The translations under genes were made by a program, and so were the position numbers. A stretch of 32,000 nt of DNA, taken from the NCBI RefSeq assembly GCF_022701215.1, contig NZ_CP089976.1:270001-302000 (forward strand), given 5' to 3'. The DNA is from Moraxella nasovis. GTDB lineage: Bacteria > Pseudomonadota > Gammaproteobacteria > Pseudomonadales > Moraxellaceae. This document shows positions 9,595-20,518 of the stretch, in pieces. Under the pieces are notes generated by a model. The model did no database searches, was not told where the DNA came from, and saw only the letters and a list, made by a program, of their open reading frames with translations. Position 1 is the first letter of the stretch. The number at the start of each line of letters is the position of its first letter.

Positions 9595-10188
9595 TTAGTT
9601 AGTCGCGTCAGTCGGTTTGATATCTACATGAATCGTATAATCCATGACATCAGGTCTGCGATCAGCTGAGTCATACTCTAAACGAATGACGTGGCGACCA
9701 TAAGCAGTGGCACGATAACTGCCATTAGCAAAATCATGATCATAAGGCATTATTAGCTGTAATTTCATCCGTCTATCAGACACGCTCACAGTAATTTCAT
9801 CACCCACGTTTGGATAGATAAAATAATCGCAACTCTTAGTTCTTATGCTATCTTCACGAGAAATGGTGGTTCTATCTACACGCTTTTGCACCAATTTTGG
9901 GCAAGCCTCTTTTTTTGACTTTAGCCCGTGAGCATTTAAGCGTTGTGTCACAAGATCAGTCTTTTTGATGTCAGTGGTTTTACTGTTTTTTTGGGCGTTG
10001 ACATCTTTAGTATCAATAGAGTTAGTCTTGGCAAGCTCATCTTCCACCACTGGCTGCACCTCATCATAGGTTGAGTTGGTTTCAGTAGGCTCAAGTCTAG
10101 TAAAATTTGGATTTTCTTGGGCACAGCCAAACAGCGTCGCACCCGCCGCAAATATGCAACTCACCTGGTATTTTTTAAGTCGTCTCAT
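9595..10188 (-). CDS. Hypothetical lipoprotein
   Basis: The 197-aa ORF has a signal peptide with lipobox TLFGC. A low-complexity linker is followed by a roughly 100-aa C-terminal domain that I cannot assign. It lies 26 nt upstream of ftsY on the same strand. Confidence 0.6.
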   Translation of the reverse strand: MRRLKKYQVSCIFAAGATLFGCAQENPNFTRLEPTETNSTYDEVQPVVEDELAKTNSIDTKDVNAQKNSKTTDIKKTDLVTQRLNAHGLKSKKEACPKLVQKRVDRTTISREDSIRTKSCDYFIYPNVGDEITVSVSDRRMKLQLIMPYDHDFANGSYRATAYGRHVIRLEYDSADRRPDVMDYTIHVDIKPTDATN

Positions 10189-10294
10189 TTATTTGCCATT
10201 ACTTCTAATTACTGCCTAATAAAGCCCTTAATTGAGCCACCAAAGCACCGTAACGTCGTATCAGATACGGCGACCCACCCAAAAGATATGTTAA

Positions 10295-10762
10295 TTACAC
10301 ATCTACAATATCACAAAACGCCGCCCCTAAAATTTGTGCCAAATCGCTTGGGGAAATGCCGATATCCAAACCACGTCTTCCACCACTGATGTACATTTTT
10401 GGCAAAGCTTGGGCGGATTTATCCACCACTGTTTTTAGGCGTTTTTTTTGTGCAATAGGGCTGATACCGCCAGCGATATACCCTGTGATACGTTCTGCAT
10501 TGGCAAGCTGTGCCATCTGCACTTTTTTTACGCCAAGCGACTTTGCTAGCTTTCGCAAACTTAACTGATGGCTCACAGGCAAAACTGCCACATAGTGCGA
10601 CTTATCATCACAGACAAGCAGCGTCTTAAACACCACATCAGCACTAAGCCCAAGTTTATCAACCGCCTCTTGACCAAAATTGCTGTTATTGGGGTCATGG
10701 TCATATTCGTGCAAGCTAAAATCAATGGCGTACTTTTTTAAAAGCTTGGTTGCTGGCGTCAT
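10295..10762 (-). CDS. ybaK: Cys-tRNA(Pro)/Cys-tRNA(Cys) deacylase YbaK
   Basis: The 155-aa ORF is collinear with E. coli YbaK. Shared blocks include MTPA.KLL, HEYDHDP..NFG, VFKTLLV, TGY..GGISP and YISGGRRGLDI. Confidence 0.9.
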   Translation of the reverse strand: MTPATKLLKKYAIDFSLHEYDHDPNNSNFGQEAVDKLGLSADVVFKTLLVCDDKSHYVAVLPVSHQLSLRKLAKSLGVKKVQMAQLANAERITGYIAGGISPIAQKKRLKTVVDKSAQALPKMYISGGRRGLDIGISPSDLAQILGAAFCDIVDV

Positions 10763-10768
10763 GGGATA

Positions 10769-11872
10769 TCACACGATTGGCTTTAACGGTGGCACAACAT
10801 GAGCATTTTGCCCACGATGGCGTAAATAATGATCAAGCAGCGTGATAGCAAGCATCGCTTCAGCAATCGGAGTGGCACGCACACCCACACAAGGATCATG
10901 TCGCCCTTTGGTTAGCATTTCAACCGCCCTACCATTAACATCTATGCTTTTACCTGCCGTGGTAATACTGGCAGTTGGTTTTAGGGCAATTTTAGTAATG
11001 ATCGTTTGACCGCTTGAGATACCCCCTAAGATGCCACCTGCATGATTAGCACAAAAGCCATCTGGCGTTAATTCGTCACGGCTTTCGTGTCCAAACTGCT
11101 CAGCAACCAACATACCATCGCCAATTTCAACGCCTTTGACAGCATTAATCCCCATCATCGCATAGGCAATGTCAGCATCCAAGCGATCAAACACAGGCTC
11201 ACCAAGCCCTGCAGGCACACCTGTTGCTAAAATAGTAATTTTCGCTCCCACGCTTGTGCCTTTTTCTCGGCACTCGGTGATAAGTTTCTCAAACTCAGGC
11301 ACAGCATCCATATCAGCACAGAAAAATGGATTGCTATTGACAAGTTGCCAATCAATATCATGTTCAGGAATCAACTTAGCCTTAACGTTACCAATTTGAC
11401 TGACAAATCCTCGCACCTGCACGCCTAAATGCTCCTGCAAAAACTTCTTAGCGATCGCTCCTGCCGCCACTCGTACAGCTGTCTCACGAGCAGAAGAGCG
11501 TCCACCACCACGATAATCTCGAAACCCATATTTCATCGTGTAGGTATAATCAGCATGGTTTGGACGAAAAGTATCTTTAATGTCGCTATAATCTTTAGAT
11601 TTTTGGTTGGTGTTACGGATGAGTAGCCCAATTGGCGTGCCTGTGGTTTTACCCTCAAACACCCCTGAGATAATCTCAACAATATCGTCTTCTCGGCGTT
11701 GGGTGGCAAATTTGCTTGTGCCAGGTTTACGGCGGTCAAGATCAACTTGCAAATCAGCTTCACAAAGCTCTAAGCCTGGTGGCACGCCATCTACGATTGC
11801 CATTAAGCCTGCCCCATGCGATTCACCACAAGTGGTTACGGTAAATGATTGTCCGATTGTGTTGCCTGCCAT
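10769..11872 (-). CDS. aroC: Chorismate synthase
   Basis: The 367-aa ORF has the motifs [18 protein letters not shown] and RHDPCV. An AAGGA SD is present. Confidence 0.96.
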   Translation of the reverse strand: MAGNTIGQSFTVTTCGESHGAGLMAIVDGVPPGLELCEADLQVDLDRRKPGTSKFATQRREDDIVEIISGVFEGKTTGTPIGLLIRNTNQKSKDYSDIKDTFRPNHADYTYTMKYGFRDYRGGGRSSARETAVRVAAGAIAKKFLQEHLGVQVRGFVSQIGNVKAKLIPEHDIDWQLVNSNPFFCADMDAVPEFEKLITECREKGTSVGAKITILATGVPAGLGEPVFDRLDADIAYAMMGINAVKGVEIGDGMLVAEQFGHESRDELTPDGFCANHAGGILGGISSGQTIITKIALKPTASITTAGKSIDVNGRAVEMLTKGRHDPCVGVRATPIAEAMLAITLLDHYLRHRGQNAHVVPPLKPIV

Positions 11873-12065
11873 GCCTAATCCTTAATAAAACTAAATCGAC
11901 TTACTTCGCGAATAACCACTAAAACACTAAGGATGCACAACTTTTTATGTTTATGGTTAAAAATTGCACATTATCTGTTAAAAAGTGGGTACACCCTAGA
12001 TAAAATGATTCATATTATAACACAATGAACCAAAAAGAAAATCAAGACAAACACTTTAAAAATCG

Positions 12066-12093
12066 GTGACCCGCCCTTATCATGTGTTATAAT
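12066..12093 (+). promoter_or_regulatory. Candidate sigma70 promoter for rpoD (GTGACC-16-TGtTATAAT)
   Basis: A perfect extended -10, TGTTATAAT, lies at 12085-12093 with a weak -35 at 12066-12071. It ends 32 nt upstream of ATG 12126. Confidence 0.5.
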
Positions 12094-12125
12094 AATTTTT
12101 TAGACACAGGCATAAAAGAGCATCT

Positions 12126-13985
12126 ATGAGCGAATACGAAACCACTTCCCAATTAGCCGCCCTAATTCAGCTTGGCAAAGAGCAAGGTTATCTAACTTAT
12201 GCTGAAGTTAATGACCAAATGCCAGAATCTGTCACCGAAAGCGATCAAATTGAAGACATTATTCAGACGCTAACAGATGTCGGCATTCCCATTTATGAAG
12301 TCGCCCCTGATACTGATGATATTTTGCTTACCGAAAACAGTAGTGGCGGTGCTGACGATATGGTTGCAGATGAAGCAGCAGCTGTACTTGCTAGTGTGGA
12401 AACTGAACCAGGTCGCACCACCGATCCTGTGCGTATGTACATGCGTGAAATGGGAACGGTAGATCTACTGACTCGTGATGGCGAAATCGAGATTGCCAAG
12501 CGTATCGAAGAAGGCACACGAGAAGTGCAGTACATCATGGCATATTGGCCCGGTACGGTTAAATTTGTCCTTGAAGAATATGCTCAAGTTCAAGCTGGAG
12601 AAAAGAAAATCTCTGACATCGTTACAGGATTTCTCACCTTAGAAGATGATGAGTTTATTCCAAGCGAAGAAGCCGAGCTTCGTCCTGCTGATCTTAAAGA
12701 AGCACACGATCATGATAATAGCGATGATGAAGAGGATGATGGCGATATCGACACCAGTGATGATGATAGCAACCTAGACCCTGAAGAAGTGCGTGTGCGT
12801 TTCGAAGAAATCCAAGAGCTATTTAACACAGCACAAACCGCTCTAGAAAAGCATGGACACAGCCACAAAAAAACCAAAGCTGCCTATGATGAGCTTGCTG
12901 ATAAATTTATGCTAATTAAGCTAAATAATCGTCTAAGCGATCAGATTATGGAGCTGATGAACAGCGTCTACCAAGACGTGCGTGACTGCGAACGTAAAAT
13001 TATGCGTCTCGTCATTCGTCGTGGTAAAATGCCGTTAGATGAGTTCAAAAAAACCTTCCCAGCCAATGAAACCAACTTAGACTGGCTACCAACTCGTATT
13101 GAAGGTGAGCCAAGTTTTGCTGAAACTTTGGCTAGTGTTCAAGATAAGGTTATTAGCCTTCAACGTCAAATCGCTGAACACGAAAAGACGCTTCACATGG
13201 ACGTTAAGAGCATGAAAGCAGTCGCTCGCCAAATGGCAATCGGTGAATCTAAGACTCGCCGTGCCAAAAAAGAAATGGTAGAAGCCAACTTACGTCTTGT
13301 AATTTCTATCGCTAAAAAGTACACCAATCGTGGTTTGCAGTTTCTTGACTTAATTCAAGAGGGTAATATTGGCCTGATGAAAGCGGTAGATAAGTTTGAA
13401 TATCGCCGTGGCTATAAGTTTTCAACTTATGCCACTTGGTGGATTCGTCAAGCCATCACCCGCTCGATTGCCGATCAAGCTCGTACTATTCGTATCCCTG
13501 TGCATATGATTGAGACGATTAATAAGATTAACCGTGTTAGCCGTCAGCTCTTACAAGAAATGGGGCGTGAGCCGACACCTGAAGAGCTTGGCGAACGTCT
13601 AGAAATGGACGAAGCCAAAGTGCGTAAAGTACTAAAAATCGCCAAAGAACCTATCTCAATGGAAACTCCCATTGGTGATGATGAAGACAGCCACTTGGGT
13701 GATTTTATTGAAGACAGCACCATCTCAAGCCCTGTGGAAAGTGCAACCGCTGAAGGCTTGCGTGAAGCGACTCGTGCCGTACTTAGTAATCTTACCGACC
13801 GTGAAGCTAAAGTTCTAAAAATGCGTTTTGGCATTGATTTAGCTTCTGATCACACTTTAGAAGAAGTTGGCAAGCAGTTTGATGTAACTCGTGAGCGTAT
13901 CCGCCAAATCGAAGCTAAGGCGTTGCGTAAACTTCGCCACCCAAGCCGCTCTGAGCATTTACGGTCGTTCTTAGAAAATGATTGA
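12126..13985 (+). CDS. rpoD: RNA polymerase sigma factor RpoD (sigma70)
   Basis: The 619-aa ORF has an acidic non-conserved region, region 2 ([32 protein letters not shown]) and region 4 ([33 protein letters not shown]). Confidence 0.98.
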   Translation: MSEYETTSQLAALIQLGKEQGYLTYAEVNDQMPESVTESDQIEDIIQTLTDVGIPIYEVAPDTDDILLTENSSGGADDMVADEAAAVLASVETEPGRTTDPVRMYMREMGTVDLLTRDGEIEIAKRIEEGTREVQYIMAYWPGTVKFVLEEYAQVQAGEKKISDIVTGFLTLEDDEFIPSEEAELRPADLKEAHDHDNSDDEEDDGDIDTSDDDSNLDPEEVRVRFEEIQELFNTAQTALEKHGHSHKKTKAAYDELADKFMLIKLNNRLSDQIMELMNSVYQDVRDCERKIMRLVIRRGKMPLDEFKKTFPANETNLDWLPTRIEGEPSFAETLASVQDKVISLQRQIAEHEKTLHMDVKSMKAVARQMAIGESKTRRAKKEMVEANLRLVISIAKKYTNRGLQFLDLIQEGNIGLMKAVDKFEYRRGYKFSTYATWWIRQAITRSIADQARTIRIPVHMIETINKINRVSRQLLQEMGREPTPEELGERLEMDEAKVRKVLKIAKEPISMETPIGDDEDSHLGDFIEDSTISSPVESATAEGLREATRAVLSNLTDREAKVLKMRFGIDLASDHTLEEVGKQFDVTRERIRQIEAKALRKLRHPSRSEHLRSFLEND

Positions 13986-13998
13986 TTTAAAATAAATA

Positions 13999-14033
13999 AA
14001 AATAAGGCAGAGATTTTTTTTGCCTTATTTTTA
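13999..14033 (+). terminator. Rho-independent terminator after rpoD
   Basis: The sequence is AAAATAAGGCA-gagattttttt-TGCCTTATTTTT, a stem followed by a T-run. Confidence 0.75.
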
Positions 14034-14258
14034 AAGATTTAATCTGCTGATTGTTTTGTCATTAAAACAGTAAAAGATGTCAAAAGACGACCAACCCACC
14101 CTTTATACTATGACAAGATGGCAGGTTTTTTAATAATCATTTAAAAAATTGGTGAAAATATAAAATAACGGTTGTATTTGTATATATGCTAGCAGGGATT
14201 GACTTTTATTATAAAACCCCCATCTACTAGTCATTACAACTATATTTAAGGCAATAAA

Positions 14259-14591
14259 ATGACCACCAAAATAACCAACCTAAACTGCACACCTACCGCC
14301 GTCAATGCCACACGCACTGAGATTCAAAATCCAGAATTATGGGAGTTTCCCATGGAATATCCGCTTAGCATCATCGGGCATGAAGGTGAGCATGACACCC
14401 TAAAAAATGAAGTTACGCTGATTTTGGCAGAGATTTTCCCCACCTTTGATATGGCAAGCGTGCAAATTCGCCCCTCCAAAACAGGTCGCTTTCATGCCAT
14501 CAAAGCCAAGCTTTATCTAACCTCTGCCGATGAAGTTAATCGCCTATACACCGCCCTTGACAAGGCTAAAACTGTGCGAACGGTCGTCTAA
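14259..14591 (+). CDS. YbeD-like DUF493 protein
   Basis: The 110-aa ORF aligns with E. coli YbeD in its C-terminal 85 aa (ELWEFPMEYPLSIIG ... RPSKTGRFHAI ... LYTALDKAKTVRTVV). Confidence 0.8.
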   Translation: MTTKITNLNCTPTAVNATRTEIQNPELWEFPMEYPLSIIGHEGEHDTLKNEVTLILAEIFPTFDMASVQIRPSKTGRFHAIKAKLYLTSADEVNRLYTALDKAKTVRTVV

Positions 14592-14596
14592 TTTAC

Positions 14597-14630
14597 AAAA
14601 AGACCCCCTTGTATTTGGTGGTCTTTTTTT
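14597..14630 (+). terminator. Probable rho-independent terminator after the DUF493 gene
   Basis: The sequence is AAAAAGACCCC-cttgtattt-GG(T)GGTCTTTTTTT. The stem is imperfect and is followed by T7. Confidence 0.6.
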
Positions 14631-14665
14631 ATACACTAAAACTTTATGACAATCGCTTATCATCA

Positions 14666-15937
14666 ATGCCAACTTTTGCCCCCATTCCCCCAAAATCCCC
14701 CACTGCCTTGCGTGTTTTACACACCTCTGATTGGCACATCGGCAAACGCCTATTTAACCAAACTCGCTATGATGAATTTGAAGCGTTTTTAACATGGCTA
14801 ATCACCGTGATTGACCGCCATAAGATTGATGTGCTACTTGTGGCAGGCGATGTATTTGACACCATGACCCCAAGCAACAAAGCCCAAGAGCTGTATTATG
14901 ATTTTTTAGGTTTGGTTGCCAAAAGTCACTGCGAGCATATCATCATCACCGCAGGCAACCACGACAGCCCCACTTTTTTGGACGCCCCCAAAGCCCTATT
15001 AAAATCGCTCAACGTACAAGTCATCGGTCAAGCCACAGACGATCCCACAGACGAAGTCATCGTCCTAAAGCAAGACGACGATACACTTGCTATCGTCCTT
15101 GCCGTGCCGTATTTACGAGATAAGGATATACGAGCAAGCGGTAGTTTTGATGATAGCTCCCAAAAGCTTACCCAAACCAACGATGGTATTGCCAAACACT
15201 ACCGCACCTTAAGCGAGTATGCCAAAGCCCTACAAGCAGACTGCACGAAAGCAACCCCCATCATCGCCACAGGGCATCTGTTCGCTGCAGGGGCAAGTGT
15301 ATCATCAGAAGATGACGGTATGCGAAAAGAGACGGTGGTCGGCACACTTGGACAACTAGACGCCAGCGTCTTTGATGAGAGCATAGATTATGTCGCACTC
15401 GGACACATTCACGCACCGCAGACAGTAGCAAACCAAGACCGTATCCGCTACTGTGGTTCACCCATTGCCATGGGTTTTGGTGAAGCGGGCAAGATAAAAC
15501 AAGTACTAATCGCTGATTTTGACCCAAAAACACCGACGATTTACTCGTTGGCAGTGCCTATTTTTGTGCCACTTGTGCGTATCAAAGGTGATTTTGATAC
15601 CATTAGCAATAAGCTTAATCAACTCATAGCACAAGACCAAAAAACCTATGCCGAGATAGAATACACAGGCGATACGCTAATGCCACAGCTTGCAAGTTTA
15701 ATTAGGCAGATGCTTGAACACACTCCCATCACCGCACTTAACATCATCAACAAAAGTCAGTATCAACACATCTTAAAGGCAACACATCAAGGCGAAAGTC
15801 TCAAAGAGCTAAGTGAGCTTGATGTCTTTAAAAAACGCCTTGAGCGAGCAGAATTAGACAGCGGGCATGAAGCACTTATCCATGCCTACCAAGCAGTACT
15901 GCACGCCATTCATGACAGCGATGATAACGCTTTATAA
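14666..15937 (+). CDS. sbcD: Exonuclease SbcCD, nuclease subunit SbcD (Mre11 family)
   Basis: Calcineurin-like phosphoesterase motifs are present: LHTSDWHIGK, VAGDVFD, GNHDS and GHIH. The track ORF starts at 14609, which runs through the upstream terminator, so I chose ATG 14666. Confidence 0.92.
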   Translation: MPTFAPIPPKSPTALRVLHTSDWHIGKRLFNQTRYDEFEAFLTWLITVIDRHKIDVLLVAGDVFDTMTPSNKAQELYYDFLGLVAKSHCEHIIITAGNHDSPTFLDAPKALLKSLNVQVIGQATDDPTDEVIVLKQDDDTLAIVLAVPYLRDKDIRASGSFDDSSQKLTQTNDGIAKHYRTLSEYAKALQADCTKATPIIATGHLFAAGASVSSEDDGMRKETVVGTLGQLDASVFDESIDYVALGHIHAPQTVANQDRIRYCGSPIAMGFGEAGKIKQVLIADFDPKTPTIYSLAVPIFVPLVRIKGDFDTISNKLNQLIAQDQKTYAEIEYTGDTLMPQLASLIRQMLEHTPITALNIINKSQYQHILKATHQGESLKELSELDVFKKRLERAELDSGHEALIHAYQAVLHAIHDSDDNAL

Positions 15938-15976
15938 CCACAAAACCTATCAACATTATTAGACCTATTAATTATT

Positions 15977-18900
15977 ATGAAGATTTTAAATCTTAGTCTA
16001 CAAAACATCAATTCTTTAAAAGGCAAATGGTGCATTGATTTTACCGACGAAGCTTTTAATCGAGATGGTATTTTTGCCATCGTGGGGCAGACAGGAGCAG
16101 GTAAGACCACAATTTTTGATGCGATATGTTTGGCAATTTTTGGCAAAACCCCACGCATCAACAAAATTAGCACCGCCCAAAACGACTTGATGAGTGTCGC
16201 CGCAGCAGAATGCTCATCACAGGTGGAATTGCAAATTGGCAATAAACTGCACCGTTTTTACTGGTCACAAAGACGAGCAAGAGGTAAGGCGGACGGTAAA
16301 TTACAAGCTATTGAACGAGAGATTAGTAGCATTAGCCACCCTTTTGACAACAATGGCAAAATCATTGAAACCAAACCAAACCTGTGCGATAAGCTTGCGG
16401 TGGATATTTTACACATGAATTTTGAGCAATTTACCCGCTCAGTCATGCTTGCCCAAGGTGAATTTTCGGCATTTTTAAAGGCGAATGCCAACGAGCGTGG
16501 CGAGATTTTAGAAAAAATTGCAGGCACTCAAATTTATAGCCAAATCAGCCAAAAGACCTTTGAGATTCACAAACAAAAAAACGAAAACTTAACCGCTTTA
16601 AAAAACAAACTAAGCGGTAGCCAAATGATGAGCCAAGAGCATTTTGAAAATTTACAACAAACCATCAAAAACACCGAACAGGCTTTATTAACCAATCAAA
16701 CAAAAATAAATGACATCGAGCAAAATATTAAACTTATTTTTGACAAAAATAGTCTACAAGAAAAAATAGACACCGCTCAAGATAATATCCATCATTTTAG
16801 TCAAAAGCTACACGATTTTGCCCCAGATTTAGCACGCTTACAGCAGGCTAATTTAGCTTATAGCATCACCCCTTTATATCAAAAAATCAACGACAGCATC
16901 GCCCAAAAAAATCACACCAAACAAAATATTAACGCTTTAAAAGATAACCTGCCTGCGTTGCAAGAACAGCTGGCAGATGCCAAAAACAGCCAGCAGCAAG
17001 CACAACTTGATTTTGATACCAAACAAAACGAACAACAAACTGCCTTACCTGTCTTTAGGCAAGTTAGAAACCTAGACAGCACTCTTTATCATCTAAAAAT
17101 AAACTTACAATCTTTAAACACAGAAAAAACCAATCATCAACATCAGATAGATGATTATCAAAAAGCGATTGATAAATTTCATAACAAATTAAATGCCGAT
17201 AAAGAGCAATTAGCCACTCTCAACAACAAAAGCGACCATCATACCGATAATTTTGGGAATGACTTAGGCGGTGATTTAGGCATGCTATCAGGCTTAAACC
17301 ATCAATTTAGCCTTCACACCAATCAGCTCATTAAAATTGGGCAAAATATTCAAGAAAACGCTCAAAAAATTAAGGCTTTTGGAATACTAATCAACAACAA
17401 AAGAGAAGATTATAAAACCGTTAATCATACGCTTAAACAAACAAAGCAGCAATTTGATAAAAGCTGTGATGAGTTTTGTCAGTTGTTTGCACTTGACCGC
17501 CAAGCCTTTGATATCTCAAAAATCAATCATTATGGTTCATCTTTACAAAATGATAAAAATAAATGTGTGCGTAGCATAGAGTGCTTTGAGCAACATCAAA
17601 AACTGACGCAAAAATTATCCGCAACCCATGAGCAAATTAAAACTCATCAAGACAAACAAAGCAGCTTATTAAGCACACAAAAAAACTTAACCATAAACAT
17701 TGAGAACATTAATAAAAAACTTGCCAAAAAAAATGATTATTTAAACACACTAAAGCACAACGATGAACTAACCAAAGAGCTGACTTTATTAAAACAAAAG
17801 TTTGACGCTCTAAAAAACGGTGAGCCTTGTCCGCTGTGTGGCTCACTAGATCACCCTTATAAATCAAGCCTAGATAATGTGCATCATTATGACAATAAAG
17901 ACCATAAAGCAAAAATTACCGCTATTGAACAAGAAATTACCAAACTATCTGATGAAGTGCAACAACACAACAATGAACTCATTGGCATTAATAAAGACCT
18001 AAGTCATTGCAATGACGAGCAGCATAAACTACAAAAACAACGTGATGATTACCAACAAGAAATAAGCGATATAATTTCATACATCAATCAATTATTACAA
18101 AAATTTGATATCGTTGTCTGTGCTGATAATTGTGATGATATTCAACAAACAATCGCCCAAAAAGAGCGACAACTTAGCGATCAAGAACAGCATTACCTTG
18201 ATTACCAAGATAAATTAATCAAGCTTAATAGCAAATTATCACAGCTTAGTAATGAAGAATCTATGATTAAAAATCAAGGCATATCCTTAAAAGAGCAGCT
18301 TAATTTATTAAATCAAAATCATCAGACTTATAACAAAGAAAAAGATGAAATAACATTAACGATTGATAATACAATCAATGATATCAATGGTTATTTATCC
18401 AAATATCAACAAACGGCTGTGGAAGTATCGTATAATAATCATCAGTCGTTACAAGCGTGTTTTGATATCGCATGCCAAACGCTTAGCGAACGTATCACGC
18501 ATTTAACTTATCTTCATCAAGAATATCAATCTTTGGTGCAACAAAAAGAGCAATTAACAAAAGCCATTAATGAAAACACTTTACATTTAGACAATCAACA
18601 AGAGCGGTTAAATAATGCCAAAGCTAATTTAGAAAAAATATGCCAACAGATTGCCGAGCTTGATGACAAATATCAAAGCACCATCAAAGAACGCCAAACA
18701 CTATTTGGCGAAAAAAATGTGGACGATGAAGAACAGCAATTACAAAAATCTTTGGCAGAATGTAAACAACGATTAGATGAAGCGACTCAAGCGTTTTATA
18801 CCGCAAGCAGCGAGCTGGTAAAACAAAAGGATAAATTGGATTATCATCAAAATACCTTAAAACAGATTGAACAAACGCTCACCATCTCTCAAGACGAGTT

Positions 18901-19795
18901 TTATCACGCCTTAACAGAAAAATCTTTTAAGGACAAGGACGACTTTATTCAAGCGATACTGCCTAAAGATGTAATGGATGAATTAGCCGCCACTCATCAG
19001 CATTTAACCATTCATCTACAAAACAATGAAGAACAATTAAAAGCAGAAAGTGAAAAGTTAGAGCAATTAATAAAAACAAATCCATCTTTAAAAAGCTTAA
19101 ACTTACAAACTTTACAAGCTGATAAAATGTTATTGCAACATCAAAATAATGATTTAAGTGAAGACAATGGCAAAAATAAAACCATCTTGGCAAATGAGCA
19201 ATCAGTTCGTCAGCAGAACAAAGAACTCACCCAAAAGATAATTAGATATGAAAATGACATCAAAATTTGGGAACAATTAAACGCCCTAATTGGTTCATCA
19301 GACGGCAACAAATACAGAAATTTTGTGCAAGGGCTGACGCTTGAGCTGATGCTTCACCATGCCAATGAGATTTTGGGTGAGATGAGTAAGCGATATGTGC
19401 TGGTGCATGGCGATGATAAGGGTAATAAAAGCACGTTGGATATTAGCGTGATTGACACCGCTCAAGGTGGCGAGATGCGTAGTACGCAAAATCTATCAGG
19501 TGGAGAGAGTTTTATTGTATCGCTCGCTCTTGCGATGGGGCTTTCCAAGATGAGTAGTGATGATGTACAGATTGATTCGCTGTTTTTAGATGAAGGGTTT
19601 GGCACACTAGACGATGAGATTTTGGACGTGGCATTAACCGCCCTATCAGGGCTGTATGACAGCGGCAAACTCATCGGTATCATCTCTCATGTAAATGCCC
19701 TAAAAGAACGGATAGGCACAAAAATTTATGTGAAAAAGACATCAGGCGGAGCAAGCGAACTTGACGGGGCAGGAGTTAGTCGCTTGACTTGTTAA
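15977..19795 (+). CDS. sbcC: Exonuclease SbcCD, ATPase subunit SbcC (Rad50 family)
   Basis: The 1272-aa ORF has an N-terminus nearly collinear with E. coli SbcC (MKILNLSLQNINSLKG...FAIVGQTGAGKTTIFDAICLAIFGKTPR). It has a long Q/N/K-rich coiled coil, the zinc hook CPLCG, the signature LSGGESF and the Walker B LFLDEGFGTLD. Confidence 0.95.
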   Translation: MKILNLSLQNINSLKGKWCIDFTDEAFNRDGIFAIVGQTGAGKTTIFDAICLAIFGKTPRINKISTAQNDLMSVAAAECSSQVELQIGNKLHRFYWSQRRARGKADGKLQAIEREISSISHPFDNNGKIIETKPNLCDKLAVDILHMNFEQFTRSVMLAQGEFSAFLKANANERGEILEKIAGTQIYSQISQKTFEIHKQKNENLTALKNKLSGSQMMSQEHFENLQQTIKNTEQALLTNQTKINDIEQNIKLIFDKNSLQEKIDTAQDNIHHFSQKLHDFAPDLARLQQANLAYSITPLYQKINDSIAQKNHTKQNINALKDNLPALQEQLADAKNSQQQAQLDFDTKQNEQQTALPVFRQVRNLDSTLYHLKINLQSLNTEKTNHQHQIDDYQKAIDKFHNKLNADKEQLATLNNKSDHHTDNFGNDLGGDLGMLSGLNHQFSLHTNQLIKIGQNIQENAQKIKAFGILINNKREDYKTVNHTLKQTKQQFDKSCDEFCQLFALDRQAFDISKINHYGSSLQNDKNKCVRSIECFEQHQKLTQKLSATHEQIKTHQDKQSSLLSTQKNLTINIENINKKLAKKNDYLNTLKHNDELTKELTLLKQKFDALKNGEPCPLCGSLDHPYKSSLDNVHHYDNKDHKAKITAIEQEITKLSDEVQQHNNELIGINKDLSHCNDEQHKLQKQRDDYQQEISDIISYINQLLQKFDIVVCADNCDDIQQTIAQKERQLSDQEQHYLDYQDKLIKLNSKLSQLSNEESMIKNQGISLKEQLNLLNQNHQTYNKEKDEITLTIDNTINDINGYLSKYQQTAVEVSYNNHQSLQACFDIACQTLSERITHLTYLHQEYQSLVQQKEQLTKAINENTLHLDNQQERLNNAKANLEKICQQIAELDDKYQSTIKERQTLFGEKNVDDEEQQLQKSLAECKQRLDEATQAFYTASSELVKQKDKLDYHQNTLKQIEQTLTISQDEFYHALTEKSFKDKDDFIQAILPKDVMDELAATHQHLTIHLQNNEEQLKAESEKLEQLIKTNPSLKSLNLQTLQADKMLLQHQNNDLSEDNGKNKTILANEQSVRQQNKELTQKIIRYENDIKIWEQLNALIGSSDGNKYRNFVQGLTLELMLHHANEILGEMSKRYVLVHGDDKGNKSTLDISVIDTAQGGEMRSTQNLSGGESFIVSLALAMGLSKMSSDDVQIDSLFLDEGFGTLDDEILDVALTALSGLYDSGKLIGIISHVNALKERIGTKIYVKKTSGGASELDGAGVSRLTC

Positions 19796-19798
19796 CAG

Positions 19799-20518
19799 TT
19801 AACCCACAACGGTTTGCCAAAATGCTTTTTTGGTAGATGGATTTTTTAGCATAGTAGACAGTGTCGGTAGTGTGACCACCTTATCTATCTGAGCGTGGAT
19901 AGTGTCAATTATACCTAAATCGTACATAAACTCACCCATATTACTCAAAAAAACCACGCTTGGCTTTTGCTTAGCAAAACTTCCTATTAAAAACGGCACA
20001 AAAAAACCACCAAAACCACTCTTAGCCAATGCCACATCGTAGCTTTGATTATCATCTTTCGTGAATGGATAGTGTGCTTCATGAAGTAAAAACCCCATGC
20101 CGCTACTTGTCGCTGTTCGCTTTAAGGCATCTTGCAAAGACAGCCACAGTGATTTTTCTTCAGGTGTCATCTGAAGTTTATCAACGATAAGCACCCAAGT
20201 GCCATAGCGTAATCCTTGTAGCTGATAGCGAATTTTTGTCTCGCTTGGGCTTAATTCATCTATCGGTTCGCTTTTAGTTGTAGCATTTATTACACTGACG
20301 GCTTTTTTATCGGATACATCAAGCTTGTCATGCCAAACTGTATCAGTATTCATACTTTCATCTAAGATGGCGTCTGGCTGCACTTGAAAACACTGATTAA
20401 TGCGATCAATATACGGCTTTGTGTGGCATATTTTTGCCCGCTTATCCACCCATAAATCAATGCCGATTAATGAAGCAATGTGGCGATTTTGAATGCCAAT
20501 TTGGCTATCTTTTGACAT
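19799..20518 (-). CDS. Hypothetical protein, DNA polymerase III psi-subunit (HolD)-like
   Basis: The first ATG is at 20518; the track start at 20554 is a TTG. The N-terminal motif NRHIASLIGIDLW resembles E. coli psi RRDWQLQQLGITQW. The C-terminal LSTMLKNPSTKKAFWQTV resembles LTDLRANPTARAALWQQI. The extra length recalls the enlarged cryptic psi of pseudomonads. The assignment rests on recalled sequence only. Confidence 0.5.
   Translation of the reverse strand: MSKDSQIGIQNRHIASLIGIDLWVDKRAKICHTKPYIDRINQCFQVQPDAILDESMNTDTVWHDKLDVSDKKAVSVINATTKSEPIDELSPSETKIRYQLQGLRYGTWVLIVDKLQMTPEEKSLWLSLQDALKRTATSSGMGFLLHEAHYPFTKDDNQSYDVALAKSGFGGFFVPFLIGSFAKQKPSVVFLSNMGEFMYDLGIIDTIHAQIDKVVTLPTLSTMLKNPSTKKAFWQTVVG

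Noticed and set aside
10117-10389. A 90-aa plus-strand ORF spans the lipoprotein-ybaK intergenic region.
   Set aside because: It overlaps the 5' end of the lipoprotein gene and the 3' end of ybaK on the opposite strand. It has no SD and no recognisable domain, so it is probably spurious.
14609-14665. The ORF track gives an upstream start for sbcD (MYLVVFFYTLKLYDNRLSS...).
   Set aside because: The extension is translated from the terminator hairpin and T-run of the preceding gene. SbcD homology begins right after ATG 14666.
14666-19795. I considered whether the nuclease plus giant coiled-coil ATPase pair could be a novel SMC/Rad50-type defence system (Wadjet- or Lamassu-like).
   Set aside because: Both proteins are collinear with canonical E. 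coli SbcD and SbcC, including the N-terminal ATPase block, the CPLCG zinc hook and the phosphoesterase motifs. No extra partner genes are present. I therefore call this housekeeping SbcCD.
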